A stretch of DNA of 63,762 nt, the filler included, from Licmophora abbreviata (taxonomy: Eukaryota): assembly GCA_900291995.1 (NCBI GenBank). It is 17 parts of 17 records of this genome, joined end to end, with 100 filler letters (N's around TTAATTAATTAA, not from the genome) between each part and the next. Parts side by side here need not be neighbours in the genome. Positions count along the whole stretch, not along the records: positions 1 to 3,478 come from OLMU01003837.1; positions 3,579 to 7,394 come from OLMU01003838.1; positions 7,495 to 17,436 come from OLMU01003841.1; 14 more parts are not named here. The stretch is one strand, 5' to 3'. Below the pieces are notes generated by a model that did no database searches, was not told the origin of the DNA, and worked only from the letters and a program-made list of their open reading frames with translations. Made by a program: the position numbers and the translations under genes. Positions 1-9,505 of this stretch are shown here, one piece after another; position 1 is the first letter of the stretch; every line of letters begins with the position of its first letter.

Positions 1-162
1 CAAGGGGTAGCGGGTTCGCTGCCGCTTGACCAGCCACAGCGCGTGACAGGGCCTGTCGCAAGCCGGGTCGCCGACGCCGGATTGATCCCGGCACGGGTTG
101 CGCATATAGCCCTTGGCCAAGCCGCTGAAACATATGACGCCAGAAGCCAAGGGAGGCACCCG

Positions 163-990
163 ATGTCGAACGCTCAACTGGAACAAGCCATCGAAGCCGC
201 GTGGGAAATCCGCGATCAGATCACATCAAGCACCGGGGGCGAAACCCGCGAGGCCATCGAGGCGACGCTGAGTGCGCTCGATTCGGGCAAGCTGCGCGTG
301 GCCGAACGGCAGGACAACGGCGACTGGCATGTGAACCAGTGGGCCAAGAAGGCGGTTCTGCTGGGCTTTCGCATCAAGGACATGGAGATGCAGGACGGCG
401 GCCCGCAGGGCGGCGGCTGGTGGGACAAGGTCGACAGCAAGTTCAAGGGCTGGGGCGAGACCGACTGGAAAGCGGCCGGGTTTCGTGCCGTGCCCAACTG
501 CGTGGTGCGCAAATCCGCCTATATCGCGCCGGGTGTCGTGCTGATGCCCAGCTTCGTGAACCTTGGCGCCCATGTGGGCGAAGGCACGATGGTGGATACA
601 TGGGCCACCGTGGGCAGCTGCGCGCAGATCGGCAAGAACGTGCACCTGTCGGGCGGTGTGGGCATCGGCGGCGTGCTCGAGCCGATGCAGGCCGGTCCCA
701 CGATCATCGAGGATAACTGCTTTATCGGCGCGCGCTCGGAGGTGGTCGAGGGCTGCATCGTGCGCGAAGGCTCGGTTTTGGGGATGGGGGTCTATATCGG
801 CCAGTCCACCAAGATCGTCGATCGCGAAACCGGCGAGGTCTTCATGGGCGAAGTGCCGCCCTATTCGGTGGTGGTGTCCGGGTCGATGCCGACCAAGAAC
901 AACCTCAACCTCTATTGTGCGGTGATCGTCAAGCGCGTGGATGAGCGGACCCGCTCGAAGACCGGCATCAACGAACTGCTGCGCGACTGA
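163..990 (+). CDS. dapD: 2,3,4,5-tetrahydropyridine-2,6-dicarboxylate N-succinyltransferase
   Basis: [11 protein letters not shown], hexapeptide repeats, TGINELLRD end; ATG at 163 follows SD GGGAGG. Confidence 0.97.
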   Translation: MSNAQLEQAIEAAWEIRDQITSSTGGETREAIEATLSALDSGKLRVAERQDNGDWHVNQWAKKAVLLGFRIKDMEMQDGGPQGGGWWDKVDSKFKGWGETDWKAAGFRAVPNCVVRKSAYIAPGVVLMPSFVNLGAHVGEGTMVDTWATVGSCAQIGKNVHLSGGVGIGGVLEPMQAGPTIIEDNCFIGARSEVVEGCIVREGSVLGMGVYIGQSTKIVDRETGEVFMGEVPPYSVVVSGSMPTKNNLNLYCAVIVKRVDERTRSKTGINELLRD

Positions 991-1012
991 CGCGTGTGAG
1001 GTAAAACACTTA

Positions 1013-1036
1013 CCAAGGCCGTTTGATCGGCCTTGG
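1013..1036 (+). terminator. Hairpin downstream of dapD
   Basis: CCAAGGCCG-tttgat-CGGCCTTGG; no strong U-tract. Confidence 0.45.
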
Positions 1037-1488
1037 ATAAGACGCTGTCAAATAGCATGCATTTTTGAAAACTTTCGCTTTGCTGTAACCGGATTACGGC
1101 AGCGCCAAGTGGACTATTGCGCCACCAATTCATGTCCCACCCCACTTATATTTGATAGCGAAAAAACTTTTTAATCTAATAGCTAACCAAGAACAGATGC
1201 CAACGCGAATAAGCCACCTGCTTTAACGCGGTTATTCACCTTAGAGTTGATTCGCGTGAATCTGTAGCGCCGATTCCCTTCAACATTTTCTCAAGCTGAT
1301 CGCCTTCACATATAGCTGTAAGTTAGTGGATCTTTAGCTAAACAAGTTGTGTTGCGATGTTTGCGTTTAATTTTCCGCCGTGGCCTATTGTTTTATTTCA
1401 AAGGCTTAGGAGATTCTTTTACTGCGGAATTCGTGTCAATGAAATTTTTCCGCAAAAATCGCTGAAAATTACCTCGTCGCAACTTTCA

Positions 1489-1504
1489 TCACAAGATATT
1501 GTGT
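1489..1504. promoter_or_regulatory. NrdR-box-like palindrome
   Basis: tCACAAGATATTGTGt matches acaCwAtATaTwGtgt at 14 of 16 positions. Confidence 0.4.
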
Positions 1505-1627
1505 CACCGTGGCTCAATTAGTGGAATAGGTAGACACAGCCCACTATTCATTGGGCGTTTTTGCTGGGATTGCACGTTTGAATTCTGCTGGGGCCACAGA
1601 TTGAAGCAACTTCCATAGGAGAACTCT

Positions 1628-2050
1628 ATGGCCAGGGACAAGACCATGAAAGCCTTGCTCGCGTCTATTGAGGGTAAGGAGGCCGAAGTCGCACGTCTTC
1701 AGGCTCAAATTGAGGCGCTTCGTGAAGTGTATAACTTACAAGCTAGCGTCGGACCTGGCGCAACCAAGACTGGTGTGCCTGTCAAGACAACCGTTCTTGA
1801 CCTCTTGGATCGAGTTGGCGCGAATGGCTTGAATGCAAACATCGTTTGCGAGATGGCGAAAGCTGATGGCGTCGAGCTGCAAGTAAAATCCGTGTCGAGC
1901 CTGCTTAGCCGTTTTAAGCGCGATGGAACCGTCGTTTACTATGGTTCGAAATACTATCTACCTAAATACAAAGAGAAAAAATCGACCCCATCCATGCCGG
2001 ACCCTTTGCAGCCAGCGGACGTAGTTCGGCATCTGAGAACTTCTGGCTAG
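1628..2050 (+). CDS. Hypothetical protein: N-terminal coiled coil plus probable winged helix
   Basis: 140 aa; SD AGGAG upstream; heptad segment IEGKEAEVARLQAQIEALREVY; SVSSLLSRFKRDGTVVYYGSKYYL resembles recognition helix plus wing. Confidence 0.75.
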   Translation: MARDKTMKALLASIEGKEAEVARLQAQIEALREVYNLQASVGPGATKTGVPVKTTVLDLLDRVGANGLNANIVCEMAKADGVELQVKSVSSLLSRFKRDGTVVYYGSKYYLPKYKEKKSTPSMPDPLQPADVVRHLRTSG

Positions 2051-2076
2051 CGTTCATGAGAAGTTAGCGAAGAAGC

Positions 2077-2119
2077 CCGCCCCCACACCCTCAGGGTGGA
2101 ATCTGCGGTGTGGGGGCGG
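2077..2119 (+). other. 13-bp GC-rich stem-loop between the two islet ORFs
   Basis: CCGCCCCCACACC (2077-2089) pairs with GGTGTGGGGGCGG (2107-2119). Confidence 0.7.
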
Positions 2120-2145
2120 TCCCAAGTCCATAGAGGAGTATCCCC

Positions 2146-2295
2146 ATGGACAAAGAAGAAGAGCGGTACATTTACCGCGCCTCAATCCGTCTCCGTAACG
2201 GAAAACGGATTTTCGCTTGGCAATATGGGCTAAAAGCTTTTCGCATCCGCGTGAAGCACGATCTTAACGATCAACCCAAATTGCCCGGCCTGTAA
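2146..2295 (+). CDS. Small basic hypothetical protein, 49 aa, absent from the ORF track
   Basis: MDKEEERYIYRASIRLRNGKRIFAWQYGLKAFRIRVKHDLNDQPKLPGL; SD GAGGAG 7 nt before ATG; terminator directly after. Confidence 0.7.
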   Translation: MDKEEERYIYRASIRLRNGKRIFAWQYGLKAFRIRVKHDLNDQPKLPGL

Positions 2296-2301
2296 CCATC
2301 T

Positions 2302-2326
2302 AAGGGGCGGAGCAATCCGCCCCTTT
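2302..2326 (+). terminator. Intrinsic terminator
   Basis: AAGGGGCGGA-GCAA-TCCGCCCCTT(T), GNRA tetraloop. Confidence 0.75.
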
Positions 2327-2501
2327 CCAATCGTTGATTGACACAGCGTCAGTGATGCGCCTTGCCGGGTCTAATCTGCCAACCTTTTATTTTACCTTAC
2401 GCGCATTGAAATCTACGGTGAAATCATTTTTGCAGTCAGCGCAAACGCTTTTATGTGGTTGCGCTGTTGTTGGCAGTTTGCCGATATTTGATTTCAACGA
2501 T

Positions 2502-2912
2502 TTAAATATCACTCAAACCGGCGGATTTCGAGGGCTTCGCGCCGATCGGTCCGCCGGCTTTCTTCCAGCCGCCGAACCCGTCTTCGATATGGCTGACATT
2601 CGGTAGCCCCATCTCCTGGGCCACCCGCGCCGAGAGCGCCGAGCGCCAGCCGGAGGCGCAGTAGAACACGAACCTGTCGCCGGTCTGGAACTGCGGTTTG
2701 GCATAGGGGCTTTCCGGGTCGATCCAGAATTCCAGCATCCCGCGCGGACAGTGGAAGGCGCCGGGGATCATCCCGTCACGCTCCAACTCGCGCGGATCGC
2801 GCAGATCGACGAAGGTGACGCCCTCTTGGCCATGCAGCGCCAGCATGTCCTGTGCGGGCGCGTGATCGACCAGTGCGTTGGCTTCGGCGACCATGTCGCT
2901 GGCTCGTTTCAT
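2502..2912 (-). CDS. Rhodanese-like domain protein
   Basis: VDLRDPRE, PRGMLEFWID, FYCASGWRS; ATG after AAGGAG. Confidence 0.9.
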   Translation of the reverse strand: MKRASDMVAEANALVDHAPAQDMLALHGQEGVTFVDLRDPRELERDGMIPGAFHCPRGMLEFWIDPESPYAKPQFQTGDRFVFYCASGWRSALSARVAQEMGLPNVSHIEDGFGGWKKAGGPIGAKPSKSAGLSDI

Positions 2913-3077
2913 CGCAGTCTCCTTGGTGGTGCGGTGTCCTGTGTGGCAGGAGCCTAAAGCGTTTCGCAAAGGGCTGAAATGCCGAATTTCGTGGGCGTTC
3001 AGGGTGCGATCCGATGCGACAGGCTTGACTTCAAACCGGGGCTGACGCAGGTCAGGCGGGACAGAAGGAATGCGCGC

Positions 3078-3413
3078 ATGAGTGGCACCAAGACCAAATC
3101 CCCCAAGCGCCAGCAGGTCTATACCCTGCTGGTCGAGATCGGCCGCAAGGCGGGTGACGGTCTGCCTGCGAAGGCCACCGGTGCGGCGCTGATGGTCTAT
3201 GCCTCGGGTGTGGACGAAGAAGAGGCCGTGCGCGAAACCGTTGCCGTGCTCAAGCAGGCCGATACCGCGCCCTTGGATGTGTCGGGATATGGCACGCTGG
3301 ACGAGCGGTTGGCCGAGGGGCACGAGATCGGCGAGGACGAACGCGCGCTGATGGCCCGCGCGCTTGAGGAAAACGCGGTGATCGTGGCACAGGTCACGCC
3401 GTTCTACGATTGA
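3078..3413 (+). CDS. Hypothetical protein
   Basis: 111 aa; SD GAAGGA; host-like codon usage. Confidence 0.75.
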   Translation: MSGTKTKSPKRQQVYTLLVEIGRKAGDGLPAKATGAALMVYASGVDEEEAVRETVAVLKQADTAPLDVSGYGTLDERLAEGHEIGEDERALMARALEENAVIVAQVTPFYD

Positions 3414-3437
3414 TCGCAGGCCGGGTGTGGGCGCTGT

Positions 3438-4622
3438 TCACGCGACGCGCTGCATCGCCAGGGTGATCGCCTCGAAGGNNNNNNNNNNNNNNNNNNNNNN
3501 NNNNNNNNNNNNNNNNNNNNNNTTAATTAATTAANNNNNNNNNNNNNNNNNNNNNNNNNNNNNNNNNNNNNNNNNNNNAACGGGCCAGACGGGCTTTGCG
3601 TGTTCGGGCAGGCGCGAGCGGTCGGCCTCGGCCAGAACCGATTGCACCAGTTGATCCGGCTTGCGCCGCAATCGCCCGATATAGAGACTTTCCAGCGCAC
3701 AGCCGCCCCCTGCGAGAACCGCCTCGTGCCCCGGCAGAAGCAGGTGACGGTAGGTCACGAGTTCGGGGCCTTTCGCGAAAAGCGCAGACCGCCCGTTCAC
3801 CAGATGGCGGGCCGGCACCAGCACCGCTTCGCGCCCGAACATGTATTCCACCTCGCTTCCGCTGATGACCAGCCGTTGCTGGGGTGCGACCACGATATCC
3901 TCGCGCAGGCCGAAATAGGGGGCGCGCAGGCGCACCGGGCGGAAACTGCCGCGGGCGGGAACGGTGCGGCTGACCATGCGCAGCACCGGCACAGAGATGC
4001 CGGTATCGGTCAGGACGACATCGCCGCGCTTGAGCTGTCCTGCGGCGACATCGCCGAAGGTGGTGGCGATCGGCACCCGGCTCGTCAGGGCGGGCATCGG
4101 CCCCACCGGCTCCACCTTGGTTGAAATGGCGAAGAAATCCACGTCGGGATCCATTTCGTGGTTGTGGCGGTGCTGACAGAGCGCATGGACATCGGCCATC
4201 AGCATGGGGTGGGGTGGCGACATATCGACCGAATGGATGAGATCGCTTTCGGGGCGCTCCATCGTCAGTCGACCCCACCGCGCGGGCGCGTCCCAGCTAT
4301 AGGTCAGGCGCACGATATCGGTGCGGCCATCCGCCTGATGCGGCAGGGTGGCATGGTGGATGTCGTCGCCTTGGGTCACCACGAGGATGATGCCGCCCTG
4401 CGGCAAGGCACGTAGCGAAAAGCCGCCGGGCCAGGGGTGCTGGCGCTGGAATGCCAGCAGCGTCTGGGGCCTGCCGTCGGGCGACAGGCGGGTTTCCAGC
4501 AGCAGCGTGCCACGCGGGATCAGTTGATCGGGAGGATAGGGCCGGGGGGCATGCTTGGGCCCGTCAAGGCCATGCGGAGCGAAGCGCCCGTCATGGTGAT
4601 CTATGATCGCGATCCATGTCAT
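3438..4622 (-). CDS. Hint-domain protein with degenerate Hint N-terminus (spans gap 3479-3578)
   Basis: RPVRLRAPYFG, IVVAPQQRLV, VLVPARHLVNG, YRHLLLPGHE, LESL; C-terminus FEAITLAMQRVA* lies across the gap. Confidence 0.8.
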
Positions 4623-4625
4623 CTG

Positions 4626-6227
4626 TCAGGCGGCCTTTCTGCGGACCAGCACCTGCGCTTCGAAGGGGCGAAGCGTGCGGCGCGCGGCGGGGCTGTAGCC
4701 GGCGCCTGTGGCCGGATCGATCTCGGGGAAGATGGTGCAGATTTCCTTCAGAATCTCGGCCTCGAACACGTTGGTGATCTGTGGTCCGGGCAGGAAGCTT
4801 TCGGTTTCCAGGCCTTCGGAATAGATCACCTGATGGCGGTCGAACATCAGGTGCAGATAGTCGACAAAGCCGCCTTCCATGCGGCGGATGCTGTGACCGT
4901 TGACCAGATCGCGCGCGGCGACGAGCACCTCGCCCTCGCCGAAGAGAAGTTCGGCAAGGCTGTCGCGGATCAGCACCCTGTGGAGCGGAGAAACCAAGAG
5001 GTCGTGATGCGCGCCGAAACTGCCGGCAGGAATGAGGATCGGGGCGAAATTTCCCTCGGCGGCCACACGGCGCTGACCGATCCAGCGCAGGGGTTGCGGG
5101 CCGTCATCCTTGGTGGTGACCAGATCGCCGGGATTGAGACACTCGACCTGGATCAAGCCCGAAGGTGTCAGGATCCGCGTGCCTGCGGTGAAGCAGGGAA
5201 CCGAGTCTACAGTGACGAAGCCGATATCGCTCTGGCCTGTGCTGCTGGCGGCCTCGTAGGTGAAATTGAATTGCTCGACATCGCCATCGCCGGTCACGGT
5301 GACGGTGCCATTGGCGTTCAGCATCACCTGCTGTCCGGTGGTCAGTGTCACCACGTCGCCCACGCTGACGGCCTGACCGTTGATATGGGTGATGGTCAGG
5401 GTGCCGCCGGTCGAGTTGACGTCATTGGCCAGAAGGTCGAGCGTTTTCGAGCCGTCGGGAAACAGGTTGCTGGTGTCGTCAACCGCGACAAGGGTGGTCT
5501 GGAGACTGTCGGCGGCGATCAGAAGGGCGGAATCGTAGCTGCTGTCCACCACGTCCGCGATCCCGATGCGGATCGAGTTCAGCTCGCCCGCGGTGACCGG
5601 AAAGGTCATGGTCAGGGTGACGGTGAAGCCGTCCATCTCGGTGTTGAACTGGTCGCCGGTATTGTCGTTGTAGAGGTTGGCGTTCGTGGTGCCGTTGAGG
5701 TTGTTGGGGTCGGCATCGCCATCCCCGATTGACAGATCGACCTGCTGACCATTGACCCAAACCCCGACGAAATCCTGATAGATGCCGTTCTGGAACTCGG
5801 GGAATTCCTCGGAGGCGAAGACAAATTTCATCGACATCAAGGGACCGGTCGGGATGAAATCCACGTCCAGAAAGGCCGCATCGAAGGTGCTGGCCCCGGC
5901 GGCGGCGTTGAACAGCGGATCGTTGTCGGGGCCTGTGGTGTTGGTCGAGGTGCCGGTGCTCTGGTTGGAATTGTCTTGCAGCCACCATGCGAAGGCCGGG
6001 GGCGCGTCATTGGTGAAGGATGTGGCATTGCCGGTCGAGAGGATCACCCCCGTATCGGCAGGTGTGACACCGGGCGTGATGGTGTCGCCGTCGGTATAAA
6101 TCCCTGACGACAGCGCCGCCCCGGTATAGGAGGCGCTGACAACCGTGGCGCCGTCACCAAAGATTTCCTGTGCCATGGCGACGGCGGACGCATCCGTGTC
6201 GATGGGAAGTCTCGCTGGAGCTACCAT
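4626..6227 (-). CDS. Choice-of-anchor-L-like and Ig/cadherin-like domains plus Hint (bacterial intein-like) domain
   Basis: GVILSTG, FVFASEEFPEF, LDLLAND, then VPCFTAGTRILTP...HLMFDRHQVIYSEGLETESF. Confidence 0.88.
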   Translation of the reverse strand: MVAPARLPIDTDASAVAMAQEIFGDGATVVSASYTGAALSSGIYTDGDTITPGVTPADTGVILSTGNATSFTNDAPPAFAWWLQDNSNQSTGTSTNTTGPDNDPLFNAAAGASTFDAAFLDVDFIPTGPLMSMKFVFASEEFPEFQNGIYQDFVGVWVNGQQVDLSIGDGDADPNNLNGTTNANLYNDNTGDQFNTEMDGFTVTLTMTFPVTAGELNSIRIGIADVVDSSYDSALLIAADSLQTTLVAVDDTSNLFPDGSKTLDLLANDVNSTGGTLTITHINGQAVSVGDVVTLTTGQQVMLNANGTVTVTGDGDVEQFNFTYEAASSTGQSDIGFVTVDSVPCFTAGTRILTPSGLIQVECLNPGDLVTTKDDGPQPLRWIGQRRVAAEGNFAPILIPAGSFGAHHDLLVSPLHRVLIRDSLAELLFGEGEVLVAARDLVNGHSIRRMEGGFVDYLHLMFDRHQVIYSEGLETESFLPGPQITNVFEAEILKEICTIFPEIDPATGAGYSPAARRTLRPFEAQVLVRRKAA

Positions 6228-6505
6228 TCTAAAATGCCTCGAACCAGTTCGGGGCAGCGCAAAACGCAGCGAGACGGCTAAAACGCCGCCGTCAATTCCT
6301 GGACAAAGTGCTGTCCGCTCGATCGCGGGCCTTTTGCGGCCCTGCTGAATTTTACCCTGCCTCGGGTTATTATTGACATATTGCTAACATAATTCAGGAG
6401 AATTGTTAACAGAAATCAACAGAACCCTGACAGGGTGTGCTCTATTTGCGCTTCGCGGCGAACCGCGCTAGCGATGCGGGAACACTTTCCGAGATGTGAG
6501 GGACC

Positions 6506-7394
6506 ATGCCCGCTATGCCCGTCGACCCTGTTGAACTGACCGCCGATCTTGTGCGCTGCCCGTCGATCACCCCTGCGGAAGGTGGCGCGCTGCAGGTGTT
6601 GGAAAACCTGCTGACCGAGGCGGGGTTTGCCTGCATCCGGATCGAGCGCGGTGGCGTGTCCAACCTTTTCGCGCGGTGGGGCGAGAAGGGCGCCACGCGC
6701 ACATTCGGCTTCAACGGGCATACCGATGTGGTGCCGCTTGGCGATGAGGCGGCATGGAGCGTGCCGCCTTTCGGGGCCGAGCAGAAAGATGGTTTCCTAT
6801 GGGGGCGTGGTGCGACGGACATGAAATCGGGCGTCGCGGCCTTTGTGGCGGCGGCCGTGGATTTCGTGCGCGACACCCCGCCCGAGGATGCCGCTGTGAT
6901 CGTTACGGTGACCGGAGACGAGGAGGGCGATGCCGTGGACGGCACCGCCGCGATCCTTGACTGGATGGATCAGACGGGCGAGCGGATGGATGTCTGCCTT
7001 GTCGGTGAGCCGACCTGCCCCGACCGGCTGGGCGAGATGATCAAGATCGGCCGGCGCGGATCGCTGAGCGCCTGGTTTACCCTCACCGGCGAGCAGGGCC
7101 ATTCGGCCTATCCGCATCGCGCGCGCAATCCACTGCCCGCAATGGCGCGGCTGATGGACCGGCTGTCGAGCCATTTGCTTGACGAGGGAACCGAGCATTT
7201 CGATCCTTCGACCCTGGCCGTGGTCACGATCGACACGGGGAACCCGGCGACCAATGTGATCCCGGCGCAGTGCCGGGCCACGGTCAATATCCGCTTCAAC
7301 GATGCCCATGACAGCGCCTCTCTGATCGGCTGGCTGCAATCCGAACTGGACGAAGTGGCCGAAGCCTTTGGCGTGGCAGGCGAGATGACGGTGA
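6506..7394 (+). CDS. dapE: Succinyl-diaminopimelate desuccinylase (3' end lost in gap)
   Basis: [35 protein letters not shown]. Confidence 0.95.
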
Positions 7395-7495
7395 NNNNNN
7401 NNNNNNNNNNNNNNNNNNNNNNNNNNNNNNNNNNNNNNTTAATTAATTAANNNNNNNNNNNNNNNNNNNNNNNNNNNNNNNNNNNNNNNNNNNNG

Positions 7496-7987
7496 GATAT
7501 CGAGCAGTTGGAAGGCACCGCGCAGCATATTTCCGAAACCGAGCGACGTTCGATGGTGGCCGAGCGCGACACCAATGACCGCTATCTTGCGGCGTTCCTG
7601 TCGGAGCGCGTGGGCGAGGAATTCACCGGCCGGATCAGTGGCATCGCCAAGTTCGGCGCCTTCGTGCGGCTGGATGAGACCGGGGCAGATGGGCTGGTCC
7701 CGGTGCGCAGCCTCGGGCGGGAATTCTTTCATTTCGACCGCGATGCCGGGACGCTGATGGGGTCGGATACCGGGCTGACCATCGGGCTTGGTCAGCGGGT
7801 CACGGTCAAGCTGTCCGAGGCAGCCCCGGTCACGGGTGGTCTGGCCATGGAGCTGGTCAGCATCGAGGGGGAAACCGTGCGCCGGGGGCCTTCGGGTGCG
7901 CGCGGCAAGCCGCCCCGGCGCAAGCATGTCAAAGCCAAGCGCAAGGCCGACAAGGTGAAACGCAAGGTCGAACGCAGCCGTCGCTGA
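7496..7987 (+). CDS. rnr: Ribonuclease R, C-terminal fragment
   Basis: HISETERRSMVAER, S1 domain (FGAFVRL..GADGLV), basic tail. Confidence 0.88.
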   Translation, partial: DIEQLEGTAQHISETERRSMVAERDTNDRYLAAFLSERVGEEFTGRISGIAKFGAFVRLDETGADGLVPVRSLGREFFHFDRDAGTLMGSDTGLTIGLGQRVTVKLSEAAPVTGGLAMELVSIEGETVRRGPSGARGKPPRRKHVKAKRKADKVKRKVERSRR

Positions 7988-8094
7988 GTGCCGCGCGGGC
8001 GTTATCGGCGATTCCCCGCATCCCTTGCGCGCACCGCTTCCGATTCGGGCAAATTCAGGCTAGGATCGTCGCAAAACAAACAAAGGCCCGAGCA

Positions 8095-9450
8095 ATGCGT
8101 ATTCGTCTTCTGACGCTCCCGATTGTGGGGCTTCTTTCAGCAACCCAAAGCCCTGCAGCCGCGCCCGAGACATCACTGAGGCCGCAGCCACGACCGGCGG
8201 CGGTGATGATCGAAACCGTTGTGCCCGTGCGCGCGGTGCAGCCGGTTCCGGTGCGCAGTTTGCGCCCGGTGCTGCGACCTGCCGAGTTGCAGAGCGATGC
8301 GCAGGTTGTCCGGGTGTCCACGGCGAATGCGTCTTTCGACCGGTGGGTCGCCGGTTTCCGGGGGCGGGCATTGGCACAGGGGATCAGTCCGCGTGTGTTC
8401 GACGCCGCCTTTCGCGGTGTGAGCTACAATAGCGAGGTCGTCGACAAAGACCGCAATCAGGCCGAATTCAAGCGCCAGATCTGGGATTACCTCGACAGTG
8501 CGGCAAGCCCTGATCGGGTCCGCAACGGACAGGCGGCCTTGCGCCGACATGCCCGGGCCTTGGCGGCGATCGAGCGGAGTTACGGTGTCGAAAAAGAGGT
8601 TGTGACCGCAGTCTGGGGGCTGGAGACGGCCTATGGCGAGCGGCGTGGCACGCTGCCTTTGATCCAATCGGTGGCGACATTGGCCTATGACGGGCGGCGC
8701 GGCGCGTTCTTCGAGAAACAGTTGATCGCGGCCTTGCAGATCATTCAATCGGGTGATGTCGATCCGCGCGACATGAAAGGATCCTGGGCTGGTGCGATGG
8801 GGCATACCCAGTTCATTCCCACATCCTATCTGGCCTATGCGGTGGATTTCACCGGAGATGGCAAGCGCGACATCTGGTCGGATGATCCCACCGATGCCTT
8901 GGCGTCGACGGCAGCTTATCTAAAGCGGTTCGGCTGGACCAAGGGGCAGCCCTGGGGCGTCGAAGTACGTTTGCCGCGCGGGTTCAATGCGGCGACGGCG
9001 AAACGTGACAACCGCAAGATGCCCTCGCAATGGGCGGCGCAGGGTGTTGTCGGGATCGATGGCAGGCCGGTGCCGGATTACGGGCGTGCGGCGATTTTGC
9101 TGCCTGCGGGCACGCAGGGCGCGGCCTTCATGATCTTCGACAATTTCCGTGTGATCGAGCGCTACAACAACGCCGATGCCTATGTGATCGGGGTCGGGCA
9201 TCTGTCGGACCGGATCAAGGGCGGCCCGGAAATTCAGGCGAGCTGGCCGCGTGGCTATGCGCCACTGAGCTTTGACGAGCGCAAGGAGATGCAGCGCCGT
9301 CTCAAGGCCAAGGGATTCGCGCTCGAGAAGATCGACGGCATCATCGGACCGAACACCACGAACGCCATTCGCGCCTATCAACAGTCGGTCGGAATGGCGC
9401 CCGATGGCTTCCCGTCGCAGGACGTTCTGAAGCGTTTGCGCGGCGGCTGA
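8095..9450 (+). CDS. Lytic murein transglycosylase (MltB-like) with peptidoglycan-binding domain
   Basis: WGLETAYG, GSWAGAMGHTQFIPTSY, DGIIGPNT. Confidence 0.92.
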   Translation: MRIRLLTLPIVGLLSATQSPAAAPETSLRPQPRPAAVMIETVVPVRAVQPVPVRSLRPVLRPAELQSDAQVVRVSTANASFDRWVAGFRGRALAQGISPRVFDAAFRGVSYNSEVVDKDRNQAEFKRQIWDYLDSAASPDRVRNGQAALRRHARALAAIERSYGVEKEVVTAVWGLETAYGERRGTLPLIQSVATLAYDGRRGAFFEKQLIAALQIIQSGDVDPRDMKGSWAGAMGHTQFIPTSYLAYAVDFTGDGKRDIWSDDPTDALASTAAYLKRFGWTKGQPWGVEVRLPRGFNAATAKRDNRKMPSQWAAQGVVGIDGRPVPDYGRAAILLPAGTQGAAFMIFDNFRVIERYNNADAYVIGVGHLSDRIKGGPEIQASWPRGYAPLSFDERKEMQRRLKAKGFALEKIDGIIGPNTTNAIRAYQQSVGMAPDGFPSQDVLKRLRGG

Positions 9451-9505
9451 GCACAAAGCCGGCAAAGCACTCGACATTCCCCGGCGCGGCAGTGTTAATG
9501 CCGCC

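Larger units (their letters stand above)
991..2501. other. AT-rich islet, probably horizontally acquired
   Basis: Visibly lower GC than the flanks, atypical codons, largely non-coding; no integrase or transposase seen. Confidence 0.7.

Noticed and set aside
2334..2606. 90-aa plus-strand ORF, and the 77-aa ORFs at 912-1174
   Set aside because: They overlap real genes, lack an SD and show no recognisable motif
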